Of a stretch of DNA of 64,000 bases, positions 50,715 to 61,332 are shown in pieces. The DNA lies in assembly GCA_964618635.1 (NCBI GenBank), contig CAZUDM010000016.1, positions 517 to 64,516 on the forward strand, written 5' to 3'. Under the pieces are notes generated by a model. That model worked only from the letters and a program-made list of their open reading frames with translations, had not been told where the DNA came from and ran no database searches. This DNA comes from an uncultured Spirochaetia bacterium. GTDB taxonomy: Bacteria > Desulfobacterota_D > UBA1144 > Nemesobacterales > UBA2774. Within the stretch, counting starts at the first letter, position 1; every line of letters starts with the position of its first letter. Position numbers and translations under genes: made by a program.

Positions 50715-50984
50715 TCAGGAGCCGCCCTGCTTTGTCGGCGGCTCGTTGTCGAGGCTGGGGTCGTAGCCGAGCTCGTTAAGGGCCTGTATTATTCTGTCGA
50801 GACAGCTCCCGTTCTGGCCGGGCATATTTTCTTCCGTCGCGACTTCGAGCTCCCTCGCGTCGTACTCCCACCTTTTCAGTATTTCGATCTTCTGCTCGCG
50901 CGTAAGGCCCTCGGCCGAGAGCACGTCTTCCGGCGCGCCGAACACGCCCGCGGGGTCTAATAACGCTTTGTCCAGGTCTACCAT
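50715..50984 (-). CDS. Conserved hypothetical protein
   Basis: DPAGVFGAPEDVL...LTREQKIEILKRWEYDARELEVATEENM; GGAGGA ribosome-binding site. Confidence 0.7.
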   Translation of the reverse strand: MVDLDKALLDPAGVFGAPEDVLSAEGLTREQKIEILKRWEYDARELEVATEENMPGQNGSCLDRIIQALNELGYDPSLDNEPPTKQGGS

Positions 50985-51190
50985 CGGATGAGCTGTCCTC
51001 CTTTCCTCGCTCTTAATTATAACTATAATCGATTATACACCCGGAATGAAATTCCCGGGTCGGCCGCTTTCCCGGAACGGGGGCTTTGCGCCGAAACGCA
51101 TGTGCCGATTCCGGGCTCTCTTTGCTCTTACCGCTCCCGGCATGTATAATTCATCTCATCAAGGCCAAACTAATTCTGGGTAAGTATTTA

Positions 51191-51679
51191 GTGATATTTA
51201 CCGAATCCGGTTCCGGCTTCACAGCCTCGTGCCCCGGGCTCCCTTATTTTCGCGTTTCCGGCCAGACCCTGATCGAAACCGAATCGCTTGCGTTCGAAAC
51301 CCTCAGGAACTACGTCCGGAAGGGAAACGAGCTCGAAACCCGGCACGAGACGGCGCTCGAAGTAGACAGAATCTGGCGGGGCGTGGTCGAGCCCGCACTG
51401 AGCGAGGTTTCGCGCAAGGCGTCCCTGAACGGCTGGTCGATCGATTCCCGTCACAACAGCAAGGGGTTTAACCAGATAAACAGGTTCAACAGGTCGTGCT
51501 CCATCCGCACGTCCGGGACAAACTCTTCCGTGAGGAAGCTCACGATTGGGTGGAGGGCGGGGTCGGACTCGTTCTCTTTCGGCAATTCGCTCACCGTATT
51601 CGGATGGAAAAACGTAAAGCATTCCAGTCTCAGCCTCGTCTCCCTCGTGGACGACCTGACCGAGAGGCTCCTCGCCTAG
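51191..51679 (+). CDS. Hypothetical protein with HicB-like N-terminus (start uncertain)
   Basis: YLVIFTESGSGFTASCPGLP...GQTLIE. Confidence 0.45.
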   Translation: MIFTESGSGFTASCPGLPYFRVSGQTLIETESLAFETLRNYVRKGNELETRHETALEVDRIWRGVVEPALSEVSRKASLNGWSIDSRHNSKGFNQINRFNRSCSIRTSGTNSSVRKLTIGWRAGSDSFSFGNSLTVFGWKNVKHSSLSLVSLVDDLTERLLA

Positions 51680-51889
51680 AACCCTCCGAGAAGCGCTTGA
51701 GCGCGGACTTCCCCCGGGGACAATGAAAATCGATATGCGGGCCGCATCCGATCGAAAGCCCGCGCGGTATGCTCGCTGATTAGGTATTGACGATGTACGG
51801 AGTGAAAGGCCGGGACGGTGCGGCCGGCATTCCTTGCCGGTCAGCGCGATCAAGACGCTCCGGACCATAACTTTTAAAAGGAGAGTGAA

Positions 51890-52252
51890 ATGCAGGGAAA
51901 GAAGCTTTATGTAGGCAACCTCAATTACAACACGACCGAAGCCGATCTCAGGGCTTTATTCTCGGAGCACGGTAAGGTTACAGACGTGCGCGTGATCGGC
52001 GACAAGGGCTTCGGATTCGTCGAGATGGACACTCAGCTCGAAGCCGAGAAGGCCAAGGACGCGCTCGACGGGCGCGAGTTCAACGGGCGCTCGCTCAAGG
52101 TGAACGAAGCCCAGAAGAATCCGGCCTCCGGAGGCGCGCGGCGCGGCGGTAAGCCCGGCGGCTACGGCGGAGGCGGCGGCTATGGCGGAGGCGGAGGCTA
52201 CGGCGGGGGCGGAAGCCGCGGGGGACGCGGCGGCTCCGGAAAGAGGAGATAA
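51890..52252 (+). CDS. RRM RNA-binding protein with Gly-rich tail
   Basis: KLYVGNL RNP2, KGFGFVEM RNP1, GGYGGG repeats. Confidence 0.95.
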   Translation: MQGKKLYVGNLNYNTTEADLRALFSEHGKVTDVRVIGDKGFGFVEMDTQLEAEKAKDALDGREFNGRSLKVNEAQKNPASGGARRGGKPGGYGGGGGYGGGGGYGGGGSRGGRGGSGKRR

Positions 52253-52426
52253 TCCGCAGCCGCGGGCGTTCATAGCGGGCCTGGATTCTCAGGGGTCAGC
52301 GCCGGCGGAACATGATCTTTCCTCCGCGCACGAATTTCAGGCCGGTATTCCAATTCCCGGGGAGCGGTATTATCCTTCGGCATAGGGCCTCGCATAACCA
52401 GGGCGGGCCCGAAGAGGAGGTGCCAG

Positions 52427-53065
52427 ATGCCGAATCCGGGACATGTTGTAAGATTTACACTCGCTTTATTCGTTCTCACCCCACTGCTCTTCTTCGCGGC
52501 GGGCTGCGATTCCAAAGACGGAAGAGACGGCTTCGAGAGGCGGTGTCTCGACTCGCCCGACGGGGAAATCTGCGACCAGAAATACGCCCTCTGCATCGCC
52601 GCGAGCTGCGACCCCGACACCATCGACGGCGACACGATAGAATGCGGCCGGTGCGACGCCGACGACGGGAGCTGCGGCTACTGCTACGTGTTCGAGGGGA
52701 AGTCGTGCTCTTACAACAAGCCCTGCAGCGAGGTGAGGCCATCGGGCGATACGGTTTATTCCACGTATTCCGAGGTGCTCAGCCTCGAATACGATTTCGG
52801 CGTGCTCACGTGCGACGAGCCCGGCGGCCTCGAAGCCGGGTGCATGGACGCCGAATGCACGCTCACGGGGGAAACCGTCGAGCTTACGGACAGCCTCGGC
52901 GTAACGCAGAACGTTCCGACGGCGATATGTAAATGCAGGCTCTTCAGCGGGGACCAGCAGTCCACACTCGGCGGGAAGTGCAATCCGGCGAACTGCTCGT
53001 CGATATGGTCGACAGCGAGCGACCACCCGGGCGTGCTCAGCTTCGTCCCGCAGTGCTCCGATTGA
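52427..53065 (+). CDS. Cys-rich lipoprotein
   Basis: FAAGC lipobox plus 18 further Cys. Confidence 0.75.
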   Translation: MPNPGHVVRFTLALFVLTPLLFFAAGCDSKDGRDGFERRCLDSPDGEICDQKYALCIAASCDPDTIDGDTIECGRCDADDGSCGYCYVFEGKSCSYNKPCSEVRPSGDTVYSTYSEVLSLEYDFGVLTCDEPGGLEAGCMDAECTLTGETVELTDSLGVTQNVPTAICKCRLFSGDQQSTLGGKCNPANCSSIWSTASDHPGVLSFVPQCSD

Positions 53066-53112
53066 GTTGTGGAAGAAACGCTCGGGTAATACCGTGCATC
53101 CGGCGCTCAGAG

Positions 53113-53529
53113 TCAACCGGGGACAATCAGCAGTGTAAGCACATAGCCCACTCCGGCGCTTACAGCCCCGAGCGCTATACCCCTTACTATTTCTCCCGCA
53201 GGAGCTTTCAGACGGACAAGCGAGAATATCATCCCGGCCCAGACGAGCGTCGAAAAGACTGTGAAGAGCGGCGACTTGTAAAAGAGCGACGTGAAGACGA
53301 CGAGTATAAGCGCCCGAGCTATGTGAAGATTGGCCCCGGGCGCGAGTCTGGCCAGCAATATGAGCACTGGGAGGGCGATCACCACCTGTGACAAAAACGC
53401 AGGGTAGGGGCCTATGGCAGCCCTCGCCGCGACAAGCAGGTAGAACGGCAGTCCGCCCAGCGCGACGAGGTCTCTCGCGGCTTCATATTTAACGTCTCCG
53501 GCTTGCGGTCGTGTATCGGCCATGCTCAT
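53113..53529 (-). CDS. Small integral membrane protein
   Basis: ARDLVALGG; 4 hydrophobic segments. Confidence 0.65.
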   Translation of the reverse strand: MSMADTRPQAGDVKYEAARDLVALGGLPFYLLVAARAAIGPYPAFLSQVVIALPVLILLARLAPGANLHIARALILVVFTSLFYKSPLFTVFSTLVWAGMIFSLVRLKAPAGEIVRGIALGAVSAGVGYVLTLLIVPG

Positions 53530-53714
53530 TTTCGGTCCTCCTCAGCATTTATAATAAACCTGCCGCGCCCGTTCCGGCAATTTCAATCGCGTTCCGGAAT
53601 CGATTCGTCAGCCGCGGGTCGATACGCGCCGCCCGGCGGGATACGGTTATAGTTTATGGAAGGAGAAGCGAAAAGGCTGCCGCCATTCGGAACACACAAC
53701 AGGAGGTAAAGGAA

Positions 53715-54038
53715 TTGAACAGCTTCGATCTTTTAAAGGACGTGGAATTTAAAACCGAGCATCCTAATGCGGAGACCATACTAGCCGATAGAGATACGAG
53801 GCTGATAAGGTTCAGCCTGTTGCCCGGCCAGAGCATAAAGGAGCACAGCGCGCCGTCGTCCCCAGTCTATATAATCATCCTCCAGGGCAGGGGACTCTTC
53901 ACAGACGGCGAGAACAACGTCAAGGAGCTCGGGGTCAACTCGTGCGTGAAATACGAGCAGGGCGAGAAGCATTCCGTCAGCGCCAGGGACGAAAAGCTCG
54001 TCTTCGTCGCACTCCTCAGAGGCGCGCCGAGGGATTGA
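53715..54038 (+). CDS. Cupin domain protein
   Basis: L.PGQSIKEH.APSSP...LQGRG...KHSVSA; TTG start after AGGAGG. Confidence 0.8.
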   Translation: MNSFDLLKDVEFKTEHPNAETILADRDTRLIRFSLLPGQSIKEHSAPSSPVYIIILQGRGLFTDGENNVKELGVNSCVKYEQGEKHSVSARDEKLVFVALLRGAPRD

Positions 54039-54060
54039 TCCCGCGCATGCGGATTGTAAT

Positions 54061-54135
54061 CCCCCTTAGGAAAAGGGGGTCAGGGGGAATTTAGTTTTAA
54101 AATAGTCATTCCCGAATGCTTGTATCGGGAATCCA
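54061..54135. repeat. REP-like pair
   Basis: CCCCCTTAGGAAAAGGGGG (54061-54079); GTCATTCCCGAATGCTTGTATCGGGAATCCA (54105-54135), identical to 5473 and 45478. Confidence 0.8.
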
Positions 54136-54146
54136 GCACGCCGCGC

Positions 54147-54479
54147 GTGCATGAATCCGATGTCGCGGCCGTTCAGGCCCCGGACGAGGTGGACGCGAAG
54201 CTCAAGGAGAAGATAAGCGCGAAGATGGACTTCACACTGGAAGAGATAGCGGAGATGGATGCCCCGGCGGCGGCAGGCATAGGGCCCGACGAGAAGGCCG
54301 CGCTGAGATACGCCGAGGCCCTCACGCTTAACCCGGGGGATATCCCCGCGGACGTGTTCTCCGGGCTCGAGGAACATTTCAGCGACTCGCAGATCGTCGA
54401 GATTACGATGGTCGCGGCGCTTTACAACATGGTGAACAGGTTCAACAAGGCGCTCAAGCTCGATCTGGAGGAGTATTGA
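54147..54479 (+). CDS. Carboxymuconolactone decarboxylase/AhpD-like protein, possibly 5'-truncated
   Basis: EKAALRYAEALT...L..HFSDSQIVEIT...YNMVNRFN; no CxxC region; start uncertain. Confidence 0.6.
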   Translation: MHESDVAAVQAPDEVDAKLKEKISAKMDFTLEEIAEMDAPAAAGIGPDEKAALRYAEALTLNPGDIPADVFSGLEEHFSDSQIVEITMVAALYNMVNRFNKALKLDLEEY

Positions 54480-54675
54480 GGGGAAGGGCTGAAGCAGCCC
54501 GCCGCGAGACGAAGCCGCGGAACATTTTTTGCTTTGTCTTTTTCTTTTTATACAAGTTAGTCATAAACATACGTGACTTCTAGTTAGTACTTGCCAAATT
54601 CCACTCGTGGATTGTAGTATTTGTAATAATTTATTCGTTTTATCTTTTTATCAATCTTACTTTGAGTGAATAGTC

Positions 54676-57600
54676 ATGGAAAAATTACCGACAAGATCTT
54701 CGCAACACGAAACTGGTGATAGAGCAGACAGAGAATTCGAACAAAAATGTCCAGATAACTGGGCATTAGAACCAATTATAAGAGATTATGGACGCGATTA
54801 TATCGTTAGTATTTTCAGGAACAAATCAATAAAAGAAGAATTCAATGTACAACTAAAAGGTAGCAGGAATCCCACATATAGTAGTGGAAATGATTATATA
54901 AGCTTCTCCTTGGAAGTAACTACAGCTAAATACCTTCTCAATTTTGAAGAACCTTCTATGTTAGCAATATGCGATGTAAGCAAAGACGGGAAACCCGTTT
55001 ATTGGGTCTGGTTGAACGAAGATATAAAACGTATCGAAGAATTAAACCCTCAATGGCAACAACAGATATCAATTGCATTCAGAATTCCTATCTCTAGAGT
55101 ATTGGATGAAACTAGTCATAAAGAAATAGAGGAATATGTCCACAAATATTTAAGCATAAAAAAATTGGATTACGCAGCTGGCAGTGTACTGCGCAGCGCA
55201 TTTAACAAAGATTCTGAGCGTTTAATTGAACAATATGCAGACTCGCCAGGAGAATATATTGAAAATGAAGTCATAAAACCTCTGAGTAATACGGGGATGT
55301 TTAGTGTCACTACTACGAAATCAGGTCCTGAAATTGAAGCTTATAACGAAACTGAAAAAAAACTAATAAAGAAGCTCGATCAAATCTCTACCTATTTAAA
55401 TTCAACTCAAGATCATTTGGCAAAGGAACTTCTGGAAGAAATTGAGTCAGAAATATCGCTGACATCACATAAAGAAATTAAGGCACGTTATTTAAATTCT
55501 ACAGGAGTATTAGCCATATTTAATGAAGAAACTCTAGAGGCTTTGGAATACTATAAAAAAGCCAATGCTCTAGTTCCTACAGAACCCAAATATATAACAA
55601 ATCTACTTTATGCAGAATTTGAAATCGCAAAAAATAAGAAGAACGGGAAACTTGAATTACCTTCTGATTGGGAAGAGAGGCTTGGAAAAGTTTTGGAACA
55701 TCAGCCTGATTTCATTAACTCCATAAGAATCAAGGCCCAGTTTTTAAGTGAAACTCAGGGGCCAAATGAAGCAGAAGCTTTTCTTAGAAGCTCAGAACAT
55801 TGGGATAAAGAGCAGTTAGGTTTCCTTAGTTTATTGTCTGAGTTGTATTACAGCGTTGGAGATATAGATCGCGCTCTTAGTTTATTTCGAGAAGCGGAAC
55901 CATTAATGAATGATAGTCCTTGGTATCTTTGGACTCAATACGGATCGAAATGTTTAATAAAAGCCTTGGATAATGATGAATTTACTTTTAGAGGTTTTGG
56001 GCCTGCAAATCTCGATTTGGAATTATTAAATAAAGCATATGATTGTTATAGCAAGGCGATTAAATCTATAACCTCAATTGGCTATCCAACTCAATCTGCT
56101 CCAGCAATTGTGAATTATTCAGTTGTTTGCATGCTATTGGGCAAGCCCGAAGAATCAGATGCGTTATGCATCAATTACTTACAAATCCATCCTAATCATT
56201 TTGATGTTGGCGGTGCTTTAGCCGCAAGTCTATTTCGTCAAGGTAAAGCGGATAAGGCATTTCCCTACGTTAAATCCATTTATGATTCTAATCCTAATGG
56301 AAAGGCAGAGTATAGAAACTACGCACTCGTTCTCTTAGCTTGCGAAGATTACGAAAGTTTAATTAGGCTCATCCAAGAAAGGGAGAGCTGTGGGTTCGTT
56401 GATAAAGAAGAAGAAGGGCTGTCACGAGAATTAGCGTCTGTATCTTTATTTGAGCTTGGTTCCTACGAAGAATCAAGCAGACAAATAGAAATAATGCGAA
56501 ATGATTCAAGCTTGGCGAAACAGGCTTTCATTACAGAAGCATCTATCGCTCATAAAAATAGAAAACCGAAAGAAGAAATTCTATCTATTTACAGAAGAGC
56601 CCTTAAAACTTTCCCTGATGACGAGGAAATATTAACCAAATTTATAATTGAATTGGGCACAGATGCGAATAGTTATGCTAAAGAGATAAAGGAATCAATT
56701 GAAACTATTACTGCTGTGAGACAGTTAATGCCGGAGGAGTTTTACCTTCTAGGTAATGCGTATATGAATTTAGATCTCACTGATGAAGCCGTTGATATTT
56801 TTACTAAAGCGGAAATCCGTTTTCCTTCTGACTACAGATTTATATGTGAGAAAGCAAATGCCTACATGAAAAAAGGGGATGACGAAACCGCATTTAAATT
56901 ACTTCAAGAATATACTGCCAAAGCAGGAAAAAGTTTTGAAGTATTGCGCAGTACAGCTGCACTTGCTGTAAACACCGGGAGAATTGATGACGCTATAAGA
57001 CTGTTTCATTCAGCCTTAAGCAAAAGTCAGGATTCAACCGAAAAAGGACTACTGCATTGTCAACTATGGCATCTCAAACTTAGACGACAAGATCCCCCCA
57101 AAGATATAATGAGGCATGCTGTCGAATTTGGTAAAACTATAAAAGATGATTCTGAGGCAGAAGCTTCGTACTTGATGATGTTTATGTTTTCGCCGCATCT
57201 CGATTCAGATACAGATGATGAAATAAAGTCTTGGGTGGAAGAATTCCGAGAAAGATTAGAAAAATTTAAAATTCAATTTCCAGAATCAAAAATCTTTAGG
57301 GCCATAACAATACCGGAAGGGCTCGAGGGTGAGGATTTTCTAAATGAATTGCTAGCGGAAATGTTTAAACTCGTTGTCGAAGATGTCTTAGGAGCGGTTC
57401 CTTTCCAGTTTACTTCAAGGTCAATGCCTTGGTTTATTACAATGAGAGCAAAACTATTAAGAGAATCAGATTCTGTTTTCATGTTCTGGAACATATGTAT
57501 TAATTCAAATGATTATTCCCATGCTATACATATATGGGATGGCGCAACTGATTTAGATGAGGAAAACGTTTTTGCATTAGAAGCCAAGGAGGTATGTATA

Positions 57601-58719
57601 GATCTCACGGCTTTGCTTACGCTTTACGAATTGGAGTTGCTAAGTTTATTCCCAGATGAATTTAAACAGATTTATGTACCGTATCATACAAAAATCGTAA
57701 TTGATAAATCACTTTATGCTCCATATGGCGTACATCCCATTGCAAAGAAATTAGAAGATTGGAGGATAGAGAATCGAGGCAAGATTAGGGTTTTAAGAAC
57801 CCATAATGATACATACATAAATGATAATTTTGAATTATCTCAGGGAAAATTATGGGTGAAAACTAATACTGGCATCCCAGAAATTTTTGAAGATGACCCT
57901 GATTATCAAGCTATGAGGCTATCTAAAAATCTAGGTGCGACTCTTTATTCCGATGAATACCTTTCGCGGTATTGGTCAATAAAAGAAAATAAAATTAGGG
58001 CATTCTCCACATTGAGTTTTATACATCGATTGAAGGTAAAGAAGATAATTTCTAAGAATCAAGAAGCCGAATTATTATCACAAATGATACAAAGGAATTT
58101 CAGATTCGTGCAATTCAATTCTACTCATTTGTTTGAAAGGCTTCAATATATTCTTAGTATTAAAGGTGTAACACATCTTTCTGATGACTTAAAAGGGGAT
58201 GCTACATTCAATGCCTTTTTTAAACAATTTGGTGATGCTGAATTAAAAAGTAAGTCTCTTATACATATGGCAACTGATCTATGGGTAATGATCTTGAAAA
58301 ATGAAAGGATAGCTAGAGATTTTGAAAGAAAATCCATTTACGAGATAGTAATTAATTGCATGTACCTGCCAACCTTTTCGTACTCATTTAATAAGGAAGA
58401 TTCAGAAGAAAGAATTGCTCAAATATGGATGATATTTATGTGGAGATCGTATCAAGAACGAACGGATTTTTTTCAAAGGGCATGGTCATGCGTGAAAAGT
58501 TGTTGTGAACGTATGTTTAACAACGATCAGGACAAGTGTGAAAGAATATTATTTAAAAAGATACCTTTTATGCTGACTGGCTTAATTAGTAAGAACATTA
58601 GCGATCCGACGAGTCAAGTTACAACTCACGTAAATATTACGAATATGTTTGATTTTCAAGACAAAAATAAGATTGAAACTTATTATGCTGAAAATCCACC
58701 GTCTTATTTCAAAGCTTAA
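54676..58719 (+). CDS. DUF4365 nuclease - TPR - PIN-like multidomain protein (AT-rich, putative defence)
   Basis: RDYGRD...FNVQLKG PD-(D/E)xK-like motif; helical TPR-like middle; CIDLTALLTL...LYSDE PIN-like region. Confidence 0.75.
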   Translation: MEKLPTRSSQHETGDRADREFEQKCPDNWALEPIIRDYGRDYIVSIFRNKSIKEEFNVQLKGSRNPTYSSGNDYISFSLEVTTAKYLLNFEEPSMLAICDVSKDGKPVYWVWLNEDIKRIEELNPQWQQQISIAFRIPISRVLDETSHKEIEEYVHKYLSIKKLDYAAGSVLRSAFNKDSERLIEQYADSPGEYIENEVIKPLSNTGMFSVTTTKSGPEIEAYNETEKKLIKKLDQISTYLNSTQDHLAKELLEEIESEISLTSHKEIKARYLNSTGVLAIFNEETLEALEYYKKANALVPTEPKYITNLLYAEFEIAKNKKNGKLELPSDWEERLGKVLEHQPDFINSIRIKAQFLSETQGPNEAEAFLRSSEHWDKEQLGFLSLLSELYYSVGDIDRALSLFREAEPLMNDSPWYLWTQYGSKCLIKALDNDEFTFRGFGPANLDLELLNKAYDCYSKAIKSITSIGYPTQSAPAIVNYSVVCMLLGKPEESDALCINYLQIHPNHFDVGGALAASLFRQGKADKAFPYVKSIYDSNPNGKAEYRNYALVLLACEDYESLIRLIQERESCGFVDKEEEGLSRELASVSLFELGSYEESSRQIEIMRNDSSLAKQAFITEASIAHKNRKPKEEILSIYRRALKTFPDDEEILTKFIIELGTDANSYAKEIKESIETITAVRQLMPEEFYLLGNAYMNLDLTDEAVDIFTKAEIRFPSDYRFICEKANAYMKKGDDETAFKLLQEYTAKAGKSFEVLRSTAALAVNTGRIDDAIRLFHSALSKSQDSTEKGLLHCQLWHLKLRRQDPPKDIMRHAVEFGKTIKDDSEAEASYLMMFMFSPHLDSDTDDEIKSWVEEFRERLEKFKIQFPESKIFRAITIPEGLEGEDFLNELLAEMFKLVVEDVLGAVPFQFTSRSMPWFITMRAKLLRESDSVFMFWNICINSNDYSHAIHIWDGATDLDEENVFALEAKEVCIDLTALLTLYELELLSLFPDEFKQIYVPYHTKIVIDKSLYAPYGVHPIAKKLEDWRIENRGKIRVLRTHNDTYINDNFELSQGKLWVKTNTGIPEIFEDDPDYQAMRLSKNLGATLYSDEYLSRYWSIKENKIRAFSTLSFIHRLKVKKIISKNQEAELLSQMIQRNFRFVQFNSTHLFERLQYILSIKGVTHLSDDLKGDATFNAFFKQFGDAELKSKSLIHMATDLWVMILKNERIARDFERKSIYEIVINCMYLPTFSYSFNKEDSEERIAQIWMIFMWRSYQERTDFFQRAWSCVKSCCERMFNNDQDKCERILFKKIPFMLTGLISKNISDPTSQVTTHVNITNMFDFQDKNKIETYYAENPPSYFKA

Positions 58720-58743
58720 TATCTATATATGAGAGCATCTTCA

Positions 58744-59505
58744 TCAATTCTTTATCTTATACCCCGTCCGGAATATCCACCAGACGAGCGCAATGCATAT
58801 GACGAGGAAGAGGAGGGTCATGCCGAGGCTTATCCTGACGTTAACGTCCGAGACGCCGTAAAAGCTCCACCTGAACCCGCTTATTAGGTAGACGACGGGG
58901 TTAAAGAGCGTAACCTTCTGCCAGAATGGCGGCAGCATGTGAATCGAGTAAAAACTACCCCCGAGGAACGTGAGCGGCGTAACGATCATCAGCGGCACTA
59001 TCTGCAGCTTCTCGAACCCGTCGGCCCATATGCCGATTATGAATCCGAACATGCTGAACGTGACGGCCGTCAGTATCAGGAACCCGATCATCCACAGCGG
59101 GTGCTGGATTTCGTACGGCACGAAGACGCGCGCCGTGACGAGTATGAGCGTTCCGAGTATGACGGACTTCGACGCCGCCGCGCCGACGTATCCCAGTATC
59201 GCCTCCATGCTCGACACCGGCGCGGACAGCAGCTCGTATATAGTCCCTGCGAACCTCGGCATGTATATCCCGAAGGAGGCGTTCGATATGCTCTCGCTCA
59301 TGAGCGTCAGCATAACGAGCCCGGGCACGATGTAGGCCCCGTACGTGACGCCGTCTATGTCGCCTATGCGGGAGCCTATCGCGGCCCCGAAGACGACGAA
59401 GTAAAGGGACGTCGAAAGTATCGGCGAGGCGATGCTCTGAAAAAGCGTCCGCCACATGCGCGCCATCTCGAATTTGTATATGGCCCTGACAGCGTAGAAG
59501 TTCAA
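58744..59505 (-). CDS. yadH: ABC-2 transporter permease
   Basis: [39 protein letters not shown]. Confidence 0.85.
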   Translation of the reverse strand: MNFYAVRAIYKFEMARMWRTLFQSIASPILSTSLYFVVFGAAIGSRIGDIDGVTYGAYIVPGLVMLTLMSESISNASFGIYMPRFAGTIYELLSAPVSSMEAILGYVGAAASKSVILGTLILVTARVFVPYEIQHPLWMIGFLILTAVTFSMFGFIIGIWADGFEKLQIVPLMIVTPLTFLGGSFYSIHMLPPFWQKVTLFNPVVYLISGFRWSFYGVSDVNVRISLGMTLLFLVICIALVWWIFRTGYKIKN

Positions 59506-60428
59506 TTCCCGTTCCTCACGAGGTTTACGAATATTTCTTCGAGAGAGCTTTCAGTGGAGTGAACGTCGCTGAAATCTACCCCGCGCTCGTCTAGGCGTTT
59601 CAGGAGACCCGCGATTCCCGTTTCCCCGGCGTTGGCGTCGAACTCGAATACGAGCGTCCGCCCGCCGTCCGTGAGCTCGAGCCTGAGCTCCGAAAACCCT
59701 TCCGGTATCTGCGAGATCGGGTTCCTGAGCGTCAGCCTGAGCTGTTTTTTCCCGAGCTTCCTTTTGAGCGTAGGCTTGTCTTCGACGAGTATTATCTCGC
59801 CGTGGTTTATTATGCCGATGCGGTCTGCAATCTGCTCGGCCTCTTCTATGTAATGAGTCGTCAGGATTATCGTGACGCCGCTTTCCCTGAGCCGCCTCAC
59901 CATGTCCCACATGTCGCGCCTTAGCTCGACGTCCACACCCGCCGTCGGCTCGTCTAAAAAGAGAATCCTCGGCTCGTGTGCGAGGGCCTTCGCTATCAGC
60001 ACTCGCCGCTTCATTCCGCCAGAGAGCGTTATTATCTTCGTATCCTTCCTGTCCCAGAGCGAGAGGTCCCTGAGCACCTTTTCGATGTAGGCGTCGTCGG
60101 GCGGCTTCCCGAAGAGGCCCCTGCTGAAATTCATCGTCGCATCGACGGACTCGAAAACGTCAGTCGTCAGCTCCTGCGGCACGAGCCCGATGAGCGAGCG
60201 CGCCTTTCTATAGTCCGTCACGATATTGTGCCCGTCGGCGAGGACTGTCCCCGAGCTCGGGTTCACAATCCCGCATATTATGCTGATGAGTGTCGTCTTC
60301 CCCGCGCCGTTGGGGCCGAGGAGGGCGAAAATCTCCCCGCGCCTTATGTCGAGGCTCACGTCCCTGAGCGCATGCTGCCCCGAGGCATAGGTCTTGCTCA
60401 GGTTCTTAACGGATATGATCGCGTCCAT
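59502..60428 (-). CDS. yadG: ABC transporter ATP-binding protein
   Basis: [28 protein letters not shown]. Confidence 0.88.
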   Translation of the reverse strand: MDAIISVKNLSKTYASGQHALRDVSLDIRRGEIFALLGPNGAGKTTLISIICGIVNPSSGTVLADGHNIVTDYRKARSLIGLVPQELTTDVFESVDATMNFSRGLFGKPPDDAYIEKVLRDLSLWDRKDTKIITLSGGMKRRVLIAKALAHEPRILFLDEPTAGVDVELRRDMWDMVRRLRESGVTIILTTHYIEEAEQIADRIGIINHGEIILVEDKPTLKRKLGKKQLRLTLRNPISQIPEGFSELRLELTDGGRTLVFEFDANAGETGIAGLLKRLDERGVDFSDVHSTESSLEEIFVNLVRNGN

Positions 60429-60749
60429 CTGGTTACCGGAAAGCCGTATATTGTATCCTGAAAAGCGCGTCAATTACACGCGCCCACGGAGAACTATTTT
60501 CGTGTGAACTGTTTAAGGTTAGATGCAGCCGCGCCGCGATTGGCTTCGCTTCGGCGGTCGGCGCTGTGGAAATTTTATGAAATGACTCCCGGCAGTGTAC
60601 AAGCGGAAAAAAACCGGGCGTTACATTAAAGAAAAAGGGGGAGAACAGACTCCGCCTGCGCTCCCCCTTGTCATGCCGTGGAAGATGCCCCGGAGACGGC
60701 CTCCTTCGGGCTCCCGAGCCCCGGGGCTGATTACTGAAAAGTCAGCCGA

Positions 60750-61064
60750 TCAGTCTTCTTCCTTCGACAGAATGTTTAGACGATGGTCCATCTTTATGTC
60801 GTACTTTTCGCCGTCAAAACAGCGTGCTTCCGTTTTGTAAATTCCCGGCATCAGGCTCGGCGGTCCGTCCTCGTCTATGACGTATACGCCGCTTACGGAC
60901 TCTACCTCTATGTCGTCTGTCACGGTGCATCCCTGCGCCTTCAAGGCGCCGTAAATCGCTGCGGCTTCGGTCGGGGTCGCGTTCCTGTCTGCGTAAGAAT
61001 TATCCGCCGCGAACAGGAATCCCAGAGCGAGAGCCGCGATGCCGAATACTAATCCCTTCTTCAT
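60750..61064 (-). CDS. PepSY-like secreted protein
   Basis: Signal peptide; L..QGC...IEV...YKTEARC.DG..YDIKMD..LNIL. Confidence 0.7.
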   Translation of the reverse strand: MKKGLVFGIAALALGFLFAADNSYADRNATPTEAAAIYGALKAQGCTVTDDIEVESVSGVYVIDEDGPPSLMPGIYKTEARCFDGEKYDIKMDHRLNILSKEED

Positions 61065-61152
61065 GTCGTTCACCTCCAGGTGTGTTTATGGCGCACGTTT
61101 TGCGCCTGCATCTTCGATGCGCTCCCCTTCGGACGCAATCATGTGGGAGGAG

Positions 61153-61168
61153 TGCAAGAGGCGTGCCA
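61153..61168 (-). promoter_or_regulatory. Sigma-54 (-24/-12) promoter
   Basis: TGGCACGCCTCTTGCA on minus strand (GG-N10-GC), ~90 bp upstream of the PepSY gene. Confidence 0.75.
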
Positions 61169-61332
61169 GTCGGAAATATATTTAATAAATATAGGAAGTT
61201 GTGAACGTTTTTAATTGACTCCAGGGGATAAAAAGGAGCCCGGGCGTAGAAAAACACACAGCAGAAACTGTCTCTAATAAGACAAAAACCACCGCGGACA
61301 AAGACGGCAATTCAACTATCGCAAGGCCGGTT

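Noticed and set aside
54545-54600. dif/pdif or integron attC site beside the DUF4365 gene
   Set aside because: The XerC-like half is weak, the XerD half is absent, and there is no RYYYAAC/GTTRRRY pair. I found no direct repeat at the two ends of this block.
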